Of a stretch of DNA of 64,000 nucleotides, positions 62,415 to 64,000 are shown one piece after another. Where the stretch lies: assembly GCA_010093995.1 (NCBI GenBank), contig ML992513.1, forward strand, positions 369,203 to 433,202. The letters run 5' to 3'. Both the position numbers and the translations under genes were made by a program. Numbering within the stretch: position 1 is the first letter of the stretch; each line of letters begins with the position of its first letter. The notes beneath the pieces are model-generated. The model was not told the DNA's origin and ran no database searches. It was given only the letters and a program-made list of their open reading frames with translations. This stretch comes from Elsinoe ampelina. Lineage: Eukaryota.

Positions 62415-64000
62415 AGTAGAGCTAGTGTAACTATTAGAGTAGAGTTAGCCCCTTTAGGTTTAGTACTATACTAGAGTTTAGGTTAGCCTCTAGCTAGCGT
62501 AGTACTACTAAGGGCTTAGTAGTACTAGCACTAGCTCTATACTATAGCTATAATAGTACTATACTAGCACTAGATATAGGTCGAGTCGTATATATTCTAG
62601 ACGTAGTATAGTACTAGGTTAGGTTAGTAGATAAGTAGTATAGTGCTATTAAGTCCTTAGTGTACTCTTACTAGTACTATACTAGAGTTACTATTCTTAT
62701 AGTAAATTCTTATAGTAACTACTATATCCTATAACTCTTATTACTTTTCCGCTCTAAATACTTAAAGTTATAGTAGGTAAAGGATACTAGAGAGAAGTAA
62801 AAGTTATTAATTATTAACCCTTATATATAATTACGACCTAATAGTAATTTATAGAAGATTAACCTAATTAACATTATCTATATAACTCTTATAAGCCTAT
62901 TTTACATACTTAGCTAGTAAGCCGTATACTACCTAGAACTAATACCTTATTATTTTATTATCTACTTTATCCGGAGAATATTTTATTCTTAGTAAGTTTA
63001 CTCTTATATAAATTATAACCCTTAACTAGTAAACTAGAGTACTAAAGCTATTAGACAGAGTCTAAGACTAGAATAATTAGTTCTAGGTAGTTTAGTCTTT
63101 CTACTAACTTATAGTATAGTTGCGAATTGCCTTAATGCTATTAGATTACTAGTTAATAGTAAGTATAAGGCTATCTAGAGCCTTAATTTCTGCCTAAAGG
63201 TTATTAATAAATTTATAGTAAGTAATATTAGCCTAACGAATAATAGAGGGGTAAGTAGTAGACATAGTAGTAGATTTGCTTAAATTCTAGCAACTATTAG
63301 TATAAGTTATACTATAGTAACGTAAAGGTATACTAGATAGTTATTTTAATATTTCTAAGGAGAGAAAGAAGTAACTTAGCTAATAATCTACTTATATCCC
63401 TTAGTATAACAATAGCTATTGTTTAATAATAGCTATTGTTAGTATTATTGTTTTTTTATAATAGATAATAGCTATTGTCTATATTATTGTTCTTATAATA
63501 GGTAATGCTAGATATATATACCTTTTAGTTACTATTTCTTCTTCTTTCTCTTAAACTTCTCTTTCTTGTTGTTTAATACTTCCTTCTATAATGCCTCCTT
63601 CTTACGCTTAACTCTACCTTAACCTAGTAGATTTAATTCTCTTTTAGCCTTGTAAGATAACTCCTAGTAACTACGCTAGGCTCTTATACCTATGTTAGTG
63701 TAAAGCCTATATCTACTATATAACTCTTATATATCTTAACTTTAATAACAACTACAAAATCTAAGCTAAATATATCTATAATAACTATAGAGGTTTAGTA
63801 CTTTGCTATAAAGCCTACTATACTTATAATACTCCTTATAACTTTATAGGTGTTTCTAATCTAATCTTTCTCTATAATCTAATAAATATTAGTATAATAT
63901 CTTATAGACTAATAACATCTTCGACCTAATTAATATATAGTATACTATTAATTGTCTTATTCTTAACAGAAGAGTAGATCTACTCTTACTCTTTACTATA
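62415..64000. mobile_element. Unclassified, heavily RIP-mutated repeat running off the window
   Basis: Extreme TpA excess; repeated TAGTACTATACTAG motifs near its left end; no family motif recognised. Confidence 0.6.

Overview
Eukaryotic DNA from a filamentous ascomycete (Pezizomycotina), judged from short GT-AG introns with CTRAY branch sites and a strong RIP signature. Positions 1-39.6 kb are a gene-dense block: ABC-F ATPase, a TM+EGF protein, phosphoserine phosphatase, PNGase A, a BAR-SH3 protein, a DUF2439 protein, ECM14, a Sec7-PH ARF-GEF, RDS3, ketopantoate reductase and COQ4. Two things interrupt it: a compact four-gene island of unknown function (11.4-16.9 kb) and a RIP-destroyed Ty1/copia element with a 5-bp TSD (21.1-25.8 kb). 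From 39.59 kb to the end is an AT-rich, RIP-degraded transposon nest that can be resolved to the base. Two related TIR elements (3.3 and 3.4 kb net) sit back to back on one TA; each has a DD34E Tc1/IS630 transposase plus a convergent second ORF with a shared W-x-C-x4-C-x6-C-W-x6-H motif. Two gypsy elements and one pogo/Fot1 element inserted into them later. One gypsy carries an antisense Zn2Cys6-like ORF and the other has non-TG..CA termini. All readings inside the nest rely on manual reversal of RIP mutations, and no database searches were run.
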